64,000 bases of DNA from Chrysomallon squamiferum (Eukaryota > Animalia > Mollusca): the NCBI GenBank assembly GCA_012295275.1, contig CM022669.1, forward strand, positions 3,162,001 to 3,226,000, given 5' to 3'. The notes below the pieces were generated by a model. The model had not been told where the DNA came from and searched no databases. It saw nothing but the letters and a program-made list of their open reading frames with translations. The translations under genes and the position numbers were made by a program. Shown in pieces: positions 15,040-29,975 of this stretch; positions within the stretch are counted from its first letter, which is position 1; each line of letters starts with the position of its first letter.

Positions 15040-15140
15040 TTAAGCTATTATCTGTTCCAACACAGTTTCACAACCAGTGTATCCAAGAGCTTGGTAAGTG
15101 TCATTCTGTCTGTGAAAAGTGAATATAAAGATAACTGGTA
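15040..15140 (+). mobile_element. Highly degenerate SINE body fragment
   Basis: gctattatctgttccaac...cattctgtctgtgaaaagtgaatataaagat parallels the body of the 8477-8680 copy. Confidence 0.4.
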
Positions 15141-18100
15141 AGATAATCCGTAATGTCACTACAGCATTATTAAATAAAATAATTAACATTTAATGAAATA
15201 GTAATGGTCAGAGATATTATTAAATATTCATTCAGTCTTTTGTTTTTCTTCTTCTTTTTTTACAAAACAAATCTGTTATTTAATATTATTTTTCATGAAC
15301 AACTGTTTTATCTCAATAAATGTATTTTATTTAGTTTTGTCAATATTAAAAGCACCAAATTTTGTCAGATACTAGATGTTAAATTTCGTTGCGTATTTGT
15401 GGAACTGTGGGAAGAAACTGATACTAAATGACCTTCATCGATGTATTTCTTCATTAAGAATGTTATATATTTCCGCCTTTTTCCGTGTTCCGCATTAAAT
15501 ACAACACCTGTTTGTTTGTAAAATACGTTTTTCTTGTTTTTATATTTATTTTTAGCATTGATTTACTTTTGCAGAAATCCTATAAACATCCGAGCAGCGT
15601 CTGACAAAAAAATTTGGTTTTAAATGTCTTTAAAGCGAATGTCACCTTTGAAGGCCATTTTCATTCCTGGTTTAGTTGGCTGGCATTTTTGTTTCTTCTT
15701 CTTTCATTTTTTTATACACATTTTTTTTTTTCAGTTTAGTTATAAACTTGTTTTTATTTTGTGTGTTAGATTATTGACCATCCATCTAAGTAATTAAACT
15801 GTTGTTATAAAACGTTATGATCAAGATAATAAAATAATCTAAGTTGAAATATTTTAGGATGATTATGGGTATATATTAGAACATATATTCTGGGTTTGCT
15901 AGGTGAGGCCTGCACAGTAACATAGTCTTACCTAATAATATAATCAAGGATCATAATGGGAAACTAATGTTTCTGTCCCCTGTTATGAAATATTGTTAGA
16001 GTTAGTCTGAGATATCACCAAACACTTCAGAGCTAGCTGTTTTATGTCATGAGTCACATGACGTGATAATGGAAGAGCGACAAACGACATTGCACAGCAC
16101 ATCCAATGAAAATAACCATCAGAAGCCACTTACGAATATATATAAATACACATAAAACAAATCTGAAAAAGAAAAATGAGAAAAAAGCCATATATAGAAT
16201 TACAGTTAGTCAGAAACATAAATAACAAATACTTTACATTTGTTTTAACTGAATATTAAGATGAACTGTTTTTACTTTAATTAATATTTACTGCACTTAT
16301 TTAATATTTCTCTTTCTCTTAAATTTAACTTAATGATATTTTTGTGTAAAACAACACTAAAACCAGCCCTGGATATAAATTACGTGAGAAAGCAAAGCTG
16401 TATGTTTCGTTTAATGACGACCAGCAAAATACCAACGTACGTACAGCCAACAACAGCGCTTTGTCTCACTGATGACATCGCCCAAAAGAGTTTCAAGCAA
16501 GCTCCTTGTCCTGTACAGTTTTACCTAGACATGCTGTTATGACGTAGACAGAACAATGTCGCCAACGTCTTGAACATGACCCTGAAACTCTGACCGTTCG
16601 GACGTGCATGGCATGAAAACAATGATGATTGTTGTAAAGACTTAGATCTAAAAGAATGCTGGTAATTATCCAGTCTGGGGAATTTTCATTGTTTCTTTGT
16701 AATTTGCTAGAATGTCCTTTTGTGTTCTTGCTACATAAATGTTAACATTATATTCTTTTACTCTTACAAAATATGTGTGCATCGTATATATCCGAATATG
16801 TTAATAGAGAGAAATAAAAGTTTTAGCTGTGAAGTCTTTAGAGCCATTGCAAATAGATTCTTGTTTTGATGTTGTTGTTTTGTTTGTTTTTTTTCATGTT
16901 TGTAAGTGCAAGGTGAGTGTTACATGCAATCTATGTGCACCTTTAAAGAAAATGTTTAAATGACTGAAATTTCTAACTTGTTTCATCGCTTTAGTTTCAA
17001 TAAAAATGAAAGATACAAAACTGAATCGCTTTTGAAAGATTTCCTTCAGAATTAATGCACATAGTGCTCCAGTGGTAACCATTTTTTTTTTTTTAATTTC
17101 TATTTTTCTATTGCTTATTTTAAAACGAGAAAGTGTAAAATGAATATACGGTTGATTATAGTATTTTTTTAATTCATGATATAATTTTTTGTTTTGTTTT
17201 CTTTCCATTTCAATTACTGTATCTGTACACAAAACAACAAATACTAACTGGAAAGTTTATAATCAGTTTACCGATTTTTTAAAAAAGTTACCATTTTATT
17301 ATTAACGCTGTGGACGCCTCAGAAATACACAACCCTCCACTGCTTCAGTTTGCCTGAACCTAGCTTTATCAGAGTAATAGATGAAATACACCAAGCACTA
17401 AGAGATAATATATATATATAGTAAAGGCAAACGGAAACTTTATGAACCTATAATTCTATATTAATAAAGAAAACATTTAAAAAAACAGTTTGATTTTTGT
17501 AAGCAGAGAACCACTATGAGGATATCGTTAAAGTTATTATCATCATATTCAATATCATTATTATTATTCAGAAATCACGATGAACAGAAAAATACAATTA
17601 TTAATTCAGTCTCTGTTACCCGAATTAAAAATATTTTCAAAAACGTTTCACAGAATTTCTTTGATGTTATCGAATTTCACTTTTGACATTGTTATGTTTT
17701 ATCAGCGGATAAGGCTGTATATGTTTATAATGAATACTGATCTGTTTGTTAAAGCCACTAACTGGCTGAATTCTATTTAACTAAAAGTCAGATGTTGTAA
17801 ACTGTCCTCTCTCCGCTGTCCATGTTTGCTGTGAGAAGTGCATTTCCACATCCAAGGATGAAGTCTGCGCAAGCAGATTTCGAATGTTCGACATTTTTCT
17901 CGTTTCTGTTGAGTGAGCTGCCGGACTGTGCGGGGTTCAAGGACCCCCGGGACGGTTCTGACACCTTCTGAGACTCGCTGTCTTGTCCCGAGGGATGTGA
18001 TGTCACACTCAAACTGTCACAGGCGAGCTTTTTGTTGTTTCTTTAACGTTTGTCAACTTAATTGTGTGCGATGTGTAACATCAACTTACGGATATCTGAG

Positions 18101-18583
18101 AAATTAAAAAAATAGTGTTTATTTCTTTTCTTCTTTTTCTTCTTCTTCTTTTTTTTTTTTTTTATTTAGGTTCTCTCAATACTGCATTAAACTGACCTTT
18201 GGCATGAGATAGAAGTTAGATTCACTTTAATTCAGGGGCTAAACAACTGGATTAAAACCTGGGAGGTGCTTAGATCGCGTACTGGTTTCAGCAGACCATG
18301 TTTTCTATCTTACTGATAGCTAATTAGCAGTTGTAAGTTTCTGCACCTTCTTTTTCTCTAACTAATTATCTCACACACAATTAATGAGTCAAACATATCT
18401 AATATTAACACTATCTGGGACAGTTTTATACTAGAGTGTATGCCCAGGCCAAACGAGTTTAAACTTTCTACAAGTAAGTTTTAAATGCTTGACAGATCAG
18501 CTGCAAAAATATTTTATTTCTCATTATATTATAGTTATTATTAAAAACAAGAATTATGGAATTATTTCATATTTCTCTAATTT

Positions 18584-18623
<40 letters not shown>

Positions 18624-20005
18624 TTAAATGTTCCATTAATTTCATTTTGTGCAAAAATATGAAAGTAATCCGTGTAAAAATGAGCTGTTAAATTAAAAGT
18701 TATTTAAATGACAATATAATCTGATATCCACTAATGCTAATTCGAATATATTTCTTCTTCTAATCTTTCTTTCCTTCATGTTTTATTTTTTCTGTTATCT
18801 ATATTTGATTTTACTTCATTATATATATATGATTTTTAAATTAATTAATTTATTCGTTGGCTGTATTGTATTTCGTATTAATATAAAATAATATTATTTA
18901 ATTCAAAAACAAAAAAGTTTCATTAATTGAAATTATTTTTTTGAACTTTTGGACAAGCGATGAAAATATTCTCAATCAGTGATCTTCAAAAGAATAAAAA
19001 AATAAAAAAATAAATAAATAAATAAATAAATAATGTTAATAAATCTGTGCTAGAAATTAAATATGCACTAATACAAACCTTGAAAAAGAAATATTCGTCC
19101 GCAAACACTTCCATTACCAAGAAAAGGTTAAAGGTCAAAGCATTGTGACGTCTAAATGTATGACCTATAAGAAACGTCATAAATCATTTTATTTTATTTG
19201 TATTATTATTACTTATTTATTTATTATTTTATTTTATTATATTTGTATTATTATTACTTATTTATTTATTATTTTATATTATGTTATGTTCTGATTGTTT
19301 TTTCCTATGAGGAAAGGTAAGTACTGATTTATTTCATATCGATTTTATTTATTTACGTGTACTATTTATTGTTCGAGTTTTTTTATTTTTTTTTATTTTG
19401 GTGTTGTTTTTCCTTTTTCTTTATTATTATTATTAGTAGTATTATTACGTTTCAATTCAGTTTTCAAACATGTATGCGTGCGTTTAATTCGGTTTGTTTT
19501 TAATTGTTGTTGTTCCTGTTGCTTTTGTGTTGTTTTTATTGTTTTTGTTTTTGTTTGTTTTTTTGTTTTTTTGTTGTTGTTTTTTTTTTTTTCATCTTTT
19601 ATCTCTTTCGGCTGCTATTGTTTTGTTTTTCTGTTCTTTGTTTATATGCAATTTTCTTCTTTCTTTTTTTTCCTGGTACCCCCAGGCAGAATTTCAGGAA
19701 TTTGGCCAAATTTCAAAACTTAATCTTTGGCTTTGATGTCGTGGTCTCGTTGACAAGTACCAAGCAGCTTACCATCAACGTTGTCTTGCTAAGTGTAAAT
19801 TTCCCTTACGATACACGCAGCTGCGTTAGCAACAACGTGCCAGACGTTGATGACGTTTTTCGTGTCCATTGTGACGATGTCGTTGCTTCATGCAAAAAAC
19901 TGAAAAGTCTCAAATAAGAGAAAAAAAGAAACCACAATGAATTATTTATTACAACAGTGAAATACTCAAGTTTTTAGTTGATGTTTTTATCATGTTATGT
20001 TCTGC

Positions 20006-20116
<111 letters not shown>

Positions 20117-23100
20117 GCATGAGATATTTACATTTATTTGAGCTACAAAAATAATTTTCATATAGTAGTCGCTATGCAGGCAATAGGGGCATATTAGTTG
20201 CGGTTTTGGTTGTTGTTGTTTTTTAAATTCCAATAACTTTATTTCATTATTTCTGACGAGTGCATGGGTCTACGTCTGCCTTCATTTGAGGAAAAATCTC
20301 AAACTCTGGAATCACAGTTTGACCTTCCCAATATATTTGTTATTTTTTGTTATTATTTGTTTATTTTATTATTATTGTTATTCTTTCTAAATATTTATTT
20401 TTATTTTTATTTTATTTTATTTATTCATTCATTTTTATTTATTTATTTTTATTTTTATTTGTTTATTTATTTTTTGACATCATTTGTTTCTTATACTTTA
20501 AAACGAAATTCATTTTACAATTTGTATGCCCGACAGTTTGATGTTCTCCATCCTTTTGTGAAACAATGGACTCGCCCTTGAGTCTGTTACGATCCATGTT
20601 CGACATTCTCTGTTCTCCAATCGACTGTCATGTCTGTCGATACTGACCATGGTTCGATGTTACCTTGACTGCACGCCAGTTCTAAGAATGCAGTCTTGAT
20701 TTTTCAGCTTTTGACCTTTGTACTGATAGCGGGAGACACGGAGCGCAGGCTGCGGGGATTTGGGCTTTACGACAAGGGCGCGACCTCTACTTTTAACTAA
20801 TCATCTCATTTAAACTGGCAGCGTTCACGCAAACGGAAAACAGTTCCCGCCTGTTTTTATTCTGTGTTTTCCTTTCCACGTTTGTTTTTTCTTCTTCATT
20901 TAATTTTATATATATGCAATTTGTAAAAAAAAATAATAATAATAATAAAAATAAGGCGTACTTAATTTCTTAAAAACAGTTTCGAATATTAAGTAATTTT
21001 TCTTGAGTTTCTTTGTAGATTGAAGAACAGTAATTTGTATATGTTCTGTTTACTTACTTGCTGGGAAGCTTGCGCGGGATTACTTTGTTATGAATATAAT
21101 TTATTTTTTTTTTTTTTTTTTATTCAGATAAATTCAAGATTTGATATTCAGTATTCGGGTTTATTTTTACAACTTTAAAACAACTTTTTTTTTTTTTTCA
21201 TAAACTGAAAAAAAATTCAAGATTTGATATTCAGTATTTTTATTTAAACACATATGATGAAAACAACTGAACAATTATTTGTTTATTAGCCCTTTGGACT
21301 TTTTTGGCTTTCTAGTCAGTTACCGCTTTATCAGAGTCCATAATATCTTTTGGCCTGTTTATGAGAAGGTATCTTACTGCTAAAAGATCAAATTAGTCCA
21401 TGCATTTATTTATATTTCAAATCATGGGTATAATAAAAGGTATATTTTAGTGATAATAACAAACTGTGCTGAGATGAGGTAACTGTTTATATGGCTTTTG
21501 TGATTAAACATTATCATTTATTTAAACGGTCTGACCTGCAGACACAGTGATGATGTAAGACAGATGATGTTCCCTGTGATGCCGTTGTTGTTTCGTTTTA
21601 CATCATCATGCAGAATTAAAACTCAAGTTCTAATTTATGTGCAAATTTAAAGACTTTTATAATCACACATTAGAGTTTTGTAGCGAAAATGTTTCTGTAT
21701 AAGCCACTGAAGGACAAGTTTGGATTTGTTGTGGGTTTGTCATAAAATTCAGTTTGGTCAGAAGGCGCTCATCTGATTTTCGTGACACTGGAAAGAAACA
21801 GCGCAAATATTATTCACGTGTTGTCTCGATTACATGAACAGATTAAAGAGATTTTAACAAGACTAGACAATCAAGGTAATGCTGACATAGGTCTGTGAGT
21901 CTATGTGTCAGATCTGTGTATGGTTTTCTTCTCAAACACATTCATAGAGCAAAAGCAGAACAAGAAACAACTTTTAAAACTTATTATTTTCTGCTGTTGT
22001 ATAAAACTTAAAGAAGTTCATTTTTCTTAATGCAAAATACATATACATCTTCACAGTTTCATACATACATACATACATACATATATTCTGCAATCACCAT
22101 AAATATTGGCAAGATATTATGGATAGATAAGTTTCTATAATTTCGGTCAGGGATCAAAAATATAGTTTTTATGGATAGAACTATTTTGACTTCTCAGAAT
22201 TACTTGTTATTTACCCTTTACATAGTTCAAAGTTAATTCTTTAGAGTTTAATTAACTGCTTGTTCAGATATTAAGAGACCATTTTGAAAACAGTTTTTAT
22301 TTTTAAAAACCGCAGATAAATTGTTGTTATTTAAAAACTTTTTTTTTTTTTAGGTGTATTGTTTTTGCATCCGAAAGCAAAATAAATACGCGTGAATCTA
22401 CTACTCTGGAGTGAGATAAGTTGAAAAAATAAAGCAGCCAAATTAATTTGGCTTTTTTAAAAATGTATTTATTTATTTTTTTTTTTTTTTTATTATTATT
22501 TTTGTTGGTTTGTTTGTTTTGTTTTTAGTTATTACTTACGACAGAATAATAATTTATAAATAAATAAATAAATAAACAAATAAATAAATAAATAAATTGG
22601 TTATAAGATATCAATTTTACCCTAATCAGGTCGAATGTAAACACTACATTGGTAGGATAAAGCTGTTATTTGAAGACAGTTACAAATTATTCCCTATAAA
22701 TATTATTATGATGTAAAGAAAAGTATATCTGTGATGTTTCTTAAATGCGTATTATTAAAAGAAATTGATAAAATACTTTAAAAATTTGTATACCTAAAGT
22801 ATAATACATATATATATAAATTTTATTAAAAGTAGAAAAATGTAAAGTTTATATATAATAAATTTAATTTGAAACAGAGCAAATTTTCAATTACTCATTA
22901 TCTTATGACATCCAGAAATACCACGTTTACTAACCAGTCAGTTTATTGGTTAATAATTCGCCATTTACTTAAGAAAAAGCTAATAAAATAAATTAATCAG
23001 CAAAAAAAATTTAATGGTAACGCTCTGAAGAAAAATCTATATTCTTTTTACAATTTAAAACTAAAGTTAAATATATTATCTAGATCAATTCCAGTGTGTG

Positions 23101-26100
23101 TATATAAAACTTCTACATTGAAATATCCATTTATTTATTTATTTATGTTTTTTAATTTTTAATTTTTATTTATTTATTTATTTATTAACTTTTTAGATTT
23201 AAATTTATTTATTAGAAACAATATAACAGAATTTATCCCCAATAACAAGACTATGAAAATAAAGGAAACTGTATGGGAAATTTAGCTGGAAATAACAAAG
23301 CAAACTGACTTGTGTAGAAACAAATTAAACTGTTATTACGTAATAAGTCGGCAACAAACTGTGCAGAAAGGCAAACACTCACCCACACAAACTCAAAACT
23401 CACATAGGCTGGAAAATAAATGTCACAGCTTTTAACCATTAGTAATACAAGCATTGGAGATTTGATCCAGCGAACTGCAGATCTTGGGAAACTCTTCAAA
23501 CATACTGTACTGACACCATTTTAAGTGCAGCAAAAGGTCACTAATAATATTACGTGAATTTTAATGACAGTATATTCAAATAGCTTTGACATTGTTCTGA
23601 AGAAACAAGACACAACACGTGAGCAGATACCTGATATCAAACAGCCATCACCGCTTTAATATTTCACATTTGATCATGCAAAATCTACAGTACGGAAATA
23701 ACTCTACAGCGAAAATACGACAAACAGGTAGACTATACCAAGCACGGTTATTTCCTGGACGGAGTGCAGGCGTTGGGGTGATTGTTTATAACTTGAAATG
23801 ATAGAAACACGTGCGTTTTTGATCAATAACTGTATCGCTTCCCTAGTTCTCATTCGACATGTCAACACATTATAAAGTAATATACATACAGACGTCTATT
23901 TGAACCAGACCCAGCGTTTACATACACCAGACGATCGCTGAGAAGATGGACACCGATTCGAAGAGGACACTTGTAAGTAAATAGCGGAACCTAAGTGTTC
24001 CAAGTGTTTACAAGAAGCAGGAGCTATACGATGTTCCTTCAGTTCAGAATTGATTTTCGTTGATGCAGCAGCAGCAACAGCAACAACAACGTCAAAGTTT
24101 ATAAAAAAGAGGTGATTCCAGAATTTCAAAATGGGGGAAACAATTCGTGATTGTTGTGGAATATTACTTTCAATACGAATTGAGCTTCATTACAATAGTT
24201 ATAACGACGACGAGAACAATAACAGCAGCAACAGCAATAACAACAACAACAACAACAATAATAACTATAATAATAATAATAGTAATAATAGTATATCTTT
24301 CGGGGGGTAGTGTTTTTTGTTGTTTGTGGAGGAGGTTGGGAGTTACAGAGTTCTTAGGATTTCAAGGAATCGTTGGCACCTTTCATTAAGAATCACAGCT
24401 TGTAACAACTAATAATATGCAAAATGGGTCCAACAAAACAGTTAAATTAAATATAATTGTTCTTAAATGTATGACAAAAACATTTGTCTTTTAGAAAACA
24501 AGAAATATAAATAACCCTCCCAAAGAAACGAATATAATTATTGTTACCAATATTATATTTTTCATTTCATTTTATTTATTTATTTAGTTAGTTAGTTAGT
24601 TAGCTTGTTAGCTAGTTAGTTATAAATGAGTTATATTTTTATATAAATTTAAATTATGTTTTATTTTATTTCTTACATACAATTATATTGTTTTTTTTTG
24701 TTTTGTTTTTTTTTTTTGATTTTTTTTTTTTTTTTTTGCATGTTTTGCTTAAGGTAAAATAAAGCTATATTCAGAATGATCCATTTCTATTCTTTTTCTG
24801 TGTTTTTACCCCCAACCCCAAAAAAACAAATTCAAGTTCAAGGCTAGGACTTCTACTAGGATCAACTTTTTGTTGGTGAACGTAAAGCTTCGTTAGTTGT
24901 GTATTGAAACATGTTTTCTACAGGTTAGAAAGAGAAGAGAGCAGTAACAGACAGACTTTACTGAGGATTCAGTTCTGGAAATCCCTGATCTGAAACAATT
25001 TCTTGTCGTCTGTTCTCAGAGTCTGACCCTTAGTTCCAGACATTGTCTTCGTCCTCGGGATAAATCGCTCTTCTTTGATGACGTAATTCAGTGTCAACTT
25101 ACCGACACACAGTAGTTGTTGTGGTTTGAATGTTGATAACTATTCACTAATAAACTGTTTTTATATTTAGTCTAACAGTTATTTTTTACTGTCAGCTTTA
25201 CTTTATTTGAAAGTAATATTATTTCATTTTTAAATTGTTAGATATTAATTAGCAAGAAGACCATATACATACATATATACACACGTATACACAAACAGAA
25301 ATATAAACATAAATAAAAACTCTCAATATACAGAAACATAACTAATTTACACACAGCGAAACAAACATACGTATATCCAGTATCAGTACCAGTATCGCTA
25401 TTTACTTATGGGCTATTACATAACATGTTTGACTAGCTATCTGCAAGTAATACACACATACATACATGTAACATAAAGCAGATCGCCACTATTTAGAATA
25501 TTTAGTTTCTACTACGTAATAATTATGGTGTTTACGTAACAACAGGCTCACATATTATCCACAACGATTATTCTACGTGTCAGGTGGAATTCACAGATAT
25601 AATACAGATATATTATACACAATTAATACAATATTTTGGCTTGTATTTCGACCTTGTGTTTCTCTCATAAAGATAAAATACTTTACATGCTTAATACTTT
25701 CTAAGCAAAACTTATCTTAAGCATACATCGTATTGATTCGGAGAAATCTGAAATAATTCCAGCATTGTTTGTATCTACAGAAAATGTATGTAGATTTACA
25801 ACTAGTGTTTGTAAACTGATGACCAATGTTTGTAGATCTATGATCTATGTTTGTATTAAATTATCCTTGTAAATATCTAATGATGATACGTATTATCTCG
25901 CTTATATATATTTAATATTCAGTGGACTTTCTTGCTGATCACTTGATGACGTCAGAGAAGGATCTGTTTTAACATGTGTTTGTCTTGGTGAAAACCTTAT
26001 GCGTTATATTTCTTCTTTTAATGTATATTTGTATATTGAGTAGTAAAAATTTCAAGGTCATTTCTTTGAAAGGTCATTTCTTTTTTCTTTTTTTTCTTTT

Positions 26101-27077
26101 GTTGTTGTTTTAAATGCCATTGAGTAAAAGTGTACTTGACGGTGCATTCTCAAATATATATAACCAAATATAGGACTGCAGTAAATTAACAGAATAAAAG
26201 GTCAGTCATCAAATATTTTTTTTTACGAAAGTGTTATTAAACTTTTTCAGTCTATAAACATATTTAATAAATTTCGTAATGAGAAATCATATGGAAGTCG
26301 GAGAAATTTTGAAAGAAGATATTCTTTGATGCCAAGCATTAATCTAAATCAGTGATTCCATTATCACTGAACTTCTATGTTCCGCAAAAATAATATAGAA
26401 AAAATTTATTTTAGTAAATACTTTAATCTTCTAACACAGGTTAAAGTTGACAATAAGTTGTTTAATATTTATTGAATGTCACTGAGTTCCTGTGTTGAAA
26501 GTGTGAAGGCATGATATCTACAGTTTTTATTATTAGTAGTAGTAATAGCAGTAGTAATAGTAGAAGTAGTAGTAGTATTGTTGTTGGTATTGTTATTGTT
26601 GTTATTGGTTATGGTGGTGGTGGTTTTGTGATGATGATGACAATGAGAAAAATTATGCTCAGTCTTGTGGTCATTTTTCAGTTACTCGATTCAACAACAT
26701 TCCGTCTATTCTGAACCAGATAAAAGAAAATCCTCAAAATGTCAGGACGACGGCTAACGGAATTGTACGGAATGCTACGACAAATAGCGACAATCGGGGC
26801 GGAATGTCAGAAATGCTATGTGGCTCGAATACAGCAGCTTAAGCGATTGAGGGTCTTAATTCAGAAAAATAAAAAGTGTAGCGTTTTTATGTAGCAGCGT
26901 GAAATAAGATGATGAGCAATAAGATGATGATCTGCTGTTTTACTTGATTTTATTTATTTATTTGTTTCTTTTAATGCCCTCTGCTTTATTTTTCTTGTTT
27001 TAGAATGGATAGGCGATTGGTCATTTTATTTTAATTAACTTTCTTTCCTTTTATTTATTTATTTATTAAAGAAAGCA

Positions 27078-27360
27078 ATAATGGCAGTAGTAGCAGTAGC
27101 TGCAGTTGTAGTAATAGCTGGTGGTTGTTTTAGTAGCAATAATAGTGGTGGTGGTAATAGTAGTAGTAGTAGTAGTAAAAGTACGAGCAATAGTAGTTGT
27201 AGCAATAGTACTGAGCAGTAGCAGCAACAGCTGTAGTAGTAGTACTAACAGTAATAGTGGTAATCGTGTTAGTGCTAGTAGTAATAACAATTACAGTGGT
27301 AGTAGCTTTAGTAATAGCTGTATTAATAGCTTTAGTAATAGTAGTGGTAATAGTAATGTT

Positions 27361-27411
<51 letters not shown>

Positions 27412-27480
27412 ATAGTAGTAGTAGGAATAGCAGTAGCAATACTTTTGACAGTAATATGTTTTAGCAGCACGATAATAGTA
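27078..27480. repeat. Degenerate (TAG/CAG/TAA)n trinucleotide tract
   Basis: Compound trinucleotide low-complexity block with a pure (TAG)n core at ~27361-27410. Confidence 0.9.
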
Positions 27481-28097
27481 CACTAAGAAGAATATGTATA
27501 CTGTAACGTCACCTGGCTACAGATTCTACTCAACACAGATCTGGTGTTTTGCCCTGACTGGTGTTCGACTAGCACGGGGGGTCGGGAAACATGCCCGAGA
27601 CTGCTGTTTACCTCTCCCGGAAGACGAAGAGAATCGTCTGGCAAAACAACGCACTGTGTGTGCTGAAGCTGGAATTCGAAACTCGTCCTCTTTGACCAGT
27701 CTGTATAGACTGACACCTCCAGCCAGCGTCGTGGATGCGAGTTTCCATTACATCGAGAAGCAGTTGGCAGAGAACCGGTCTAGTGACACAAACAACGTGC
27801 TGAGATATTTTTCATATGAGTGGGAAATGTCAGTAACCAAGCAGTACTTAAAATCACACAAACCTTGCAAATCACATGGCAAAATGCTCATCTGTCTCTC
27901 AGCCTTGCTGTATATCTGTCTGTCTGTCTGTCTCTCTGTATCGATCTTTCTACTTCTGTTTATCTACCCACCTATCTGTCTGTGTATCTATCTATATGTA
28001 TTTGTATTTATCCATTTATCTATCTATCTATATCTATATATATATATATATATATATATATAGGTGTCTGTGTCTGTATGTATTTATCCATGTATCT

Positions 28098-28150
<53 letters not shown>

Positions 28151-29564
28151 TAACTACGGTTTCGTGAAAATGTACAGTGATATTTAGAAAAATAAATAAA
28201 TATACCTTTTCATTCATTGTCATCCATATGACTAATTAGGATAAACATAGTTCTTCCTTTGACATGCGCAAGGAAACCACGCCAGGAAGTATAATTCTAT
28301 TTGCTTTTCAATTATGCCACGTGACAAATGATATACATTCTATTCGTTTCAGTAACGTTTGTATCGATGACAAACGTGGAAAAACAAAGAATCGGACACA
28401 GAACCATGTGTCTGCAGCTGTAGAGGCTAAGTTAGTAGCAGAAAATTGATTAATCGCTGGAACAGCAAACAAACAAATCACGTTTTGTATATTTTCATTC
28501 TAAACAAAAGGTTTCTTCGAACTGGAGATTACTGAATGAATTCTTACTTGGTATGTGTATTCTTACTGAGCAAACATGAAACTGGACACAGCAGGCTTTT
28601 TATGGTAATTTAACTACGATGTGTCAGTTTCAGAGAAGATTCATTCAGCATTTACCTTGTGATTTTATGATGTCGAAATTTCATTCACTTTAAGGACAGA
28701 GGAAAATCAACGCTGCTGCTTACGTCTGCTTATAACATATTTCTAAGATGCCTCCTTGTATTTTCAAGAAATATGTTTTATTAGTTTCTAAATGCAAGAC
28801 AAGAAAGAACAATAGGAAAGCTTATTATTTTCTAATTCAAAGGTGTTTACAATTATTATTATATATATTCATATATGTAGTACATACATACATACATACG
28901 TACATACAAACATACATACATGATGTATTTATACATTCTCTTTACGTTCATACACATAAAACATCGAAACACAAGTTCATTTAAATTTTACTATCACAAG
29001 CACAGCTTTGTATATCTTTATATCTGTCTGTCTCTCTCTATCTTATCTATATTATAATACGTGCTGTGTGTGGTATGTATTATATTGTTACATGTTTAAC
29101 AGTTCGATTAGCTGTTCTAAGTTTAACCAGCTGTCTAATACACACACATTTCCCATTAGGAAGTGCATGTCATTTCTATTTAAAGAAGAAACCAGTTTTT
29201 TTAAAAAGGAGAAACCGAAACTGTCCAAGACTACCGTACAGTTAAATACTGAAGCAGTTAATTCAACCAATCGTAATCGTTTGCTCGTTTTAGGTGGGTT
29301 TTTGTTTGTTTTTTTTCAAACCGGCAGTTATGCTCATCCGCGGAAAATCTGAAATAGATGTTTTGCAAACACTTAATTGATGTTTGCTGTTTTCAGTTAA
29401 TCAGGGAAACCTTTTTTATATCCCTTTCGTTAGTTAAAGTTTTTTATTCCAGTTGTTTTGATTTTGTTTTATTTTTTTTATCTTCCTCATTTATTTATTT
29501 ATTTATTTATATCCATTATTATTTTTTATTTTATTAACCTTTTATAGGCTTTTGTTTTTCTAAA

Positions 29565-29610
<46 letters not shown>

Positions 29611-29632
29611 TTTTTTTTTTTTTTTTTTTATA

Positions 29633-29665
<33 letters not shown>

Positions 29666-29680
29666 TTTTTTTTTTTTTTA
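29565..29680. repeat. (TTA)n / poly-T compound repeat
   Basis: Two (TTA)n + Tn blocks in tandem. Confidence 0.9.
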
Positions 29681-29925
29681 CTGATATTAAAACTATTGTT
29701 TGTCTGTAAATATACTTTCTCTGTTGTACTTCTCGCTTATGCGAATACAAAATAACAATAATAAAAAAGAGATTACTTTGATACTTTTTAATATGGCAAA
29801 ATGTAATAGCTTACAGTTTAAAAAACAAAACTTTTAAGTTACTCAATAATTTGTTAAAATAAGAAAATATAACAGGGTACGGTATAAAAATGTTTAAACA
29901 ACTTAATAACTTGATAAAATAACAA

Positions 29926-29975
<50 letters not shown>

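Noticed and set aside
18434-18470. Possible micro-exon bounded by ctag and gtaagt
   Set aside because: Isolated, with no partner exons or homology.
27494-28063. 189-aa ORF
   Set aside because: No known motif; the last third is microsatellite; no supporting exon chain.
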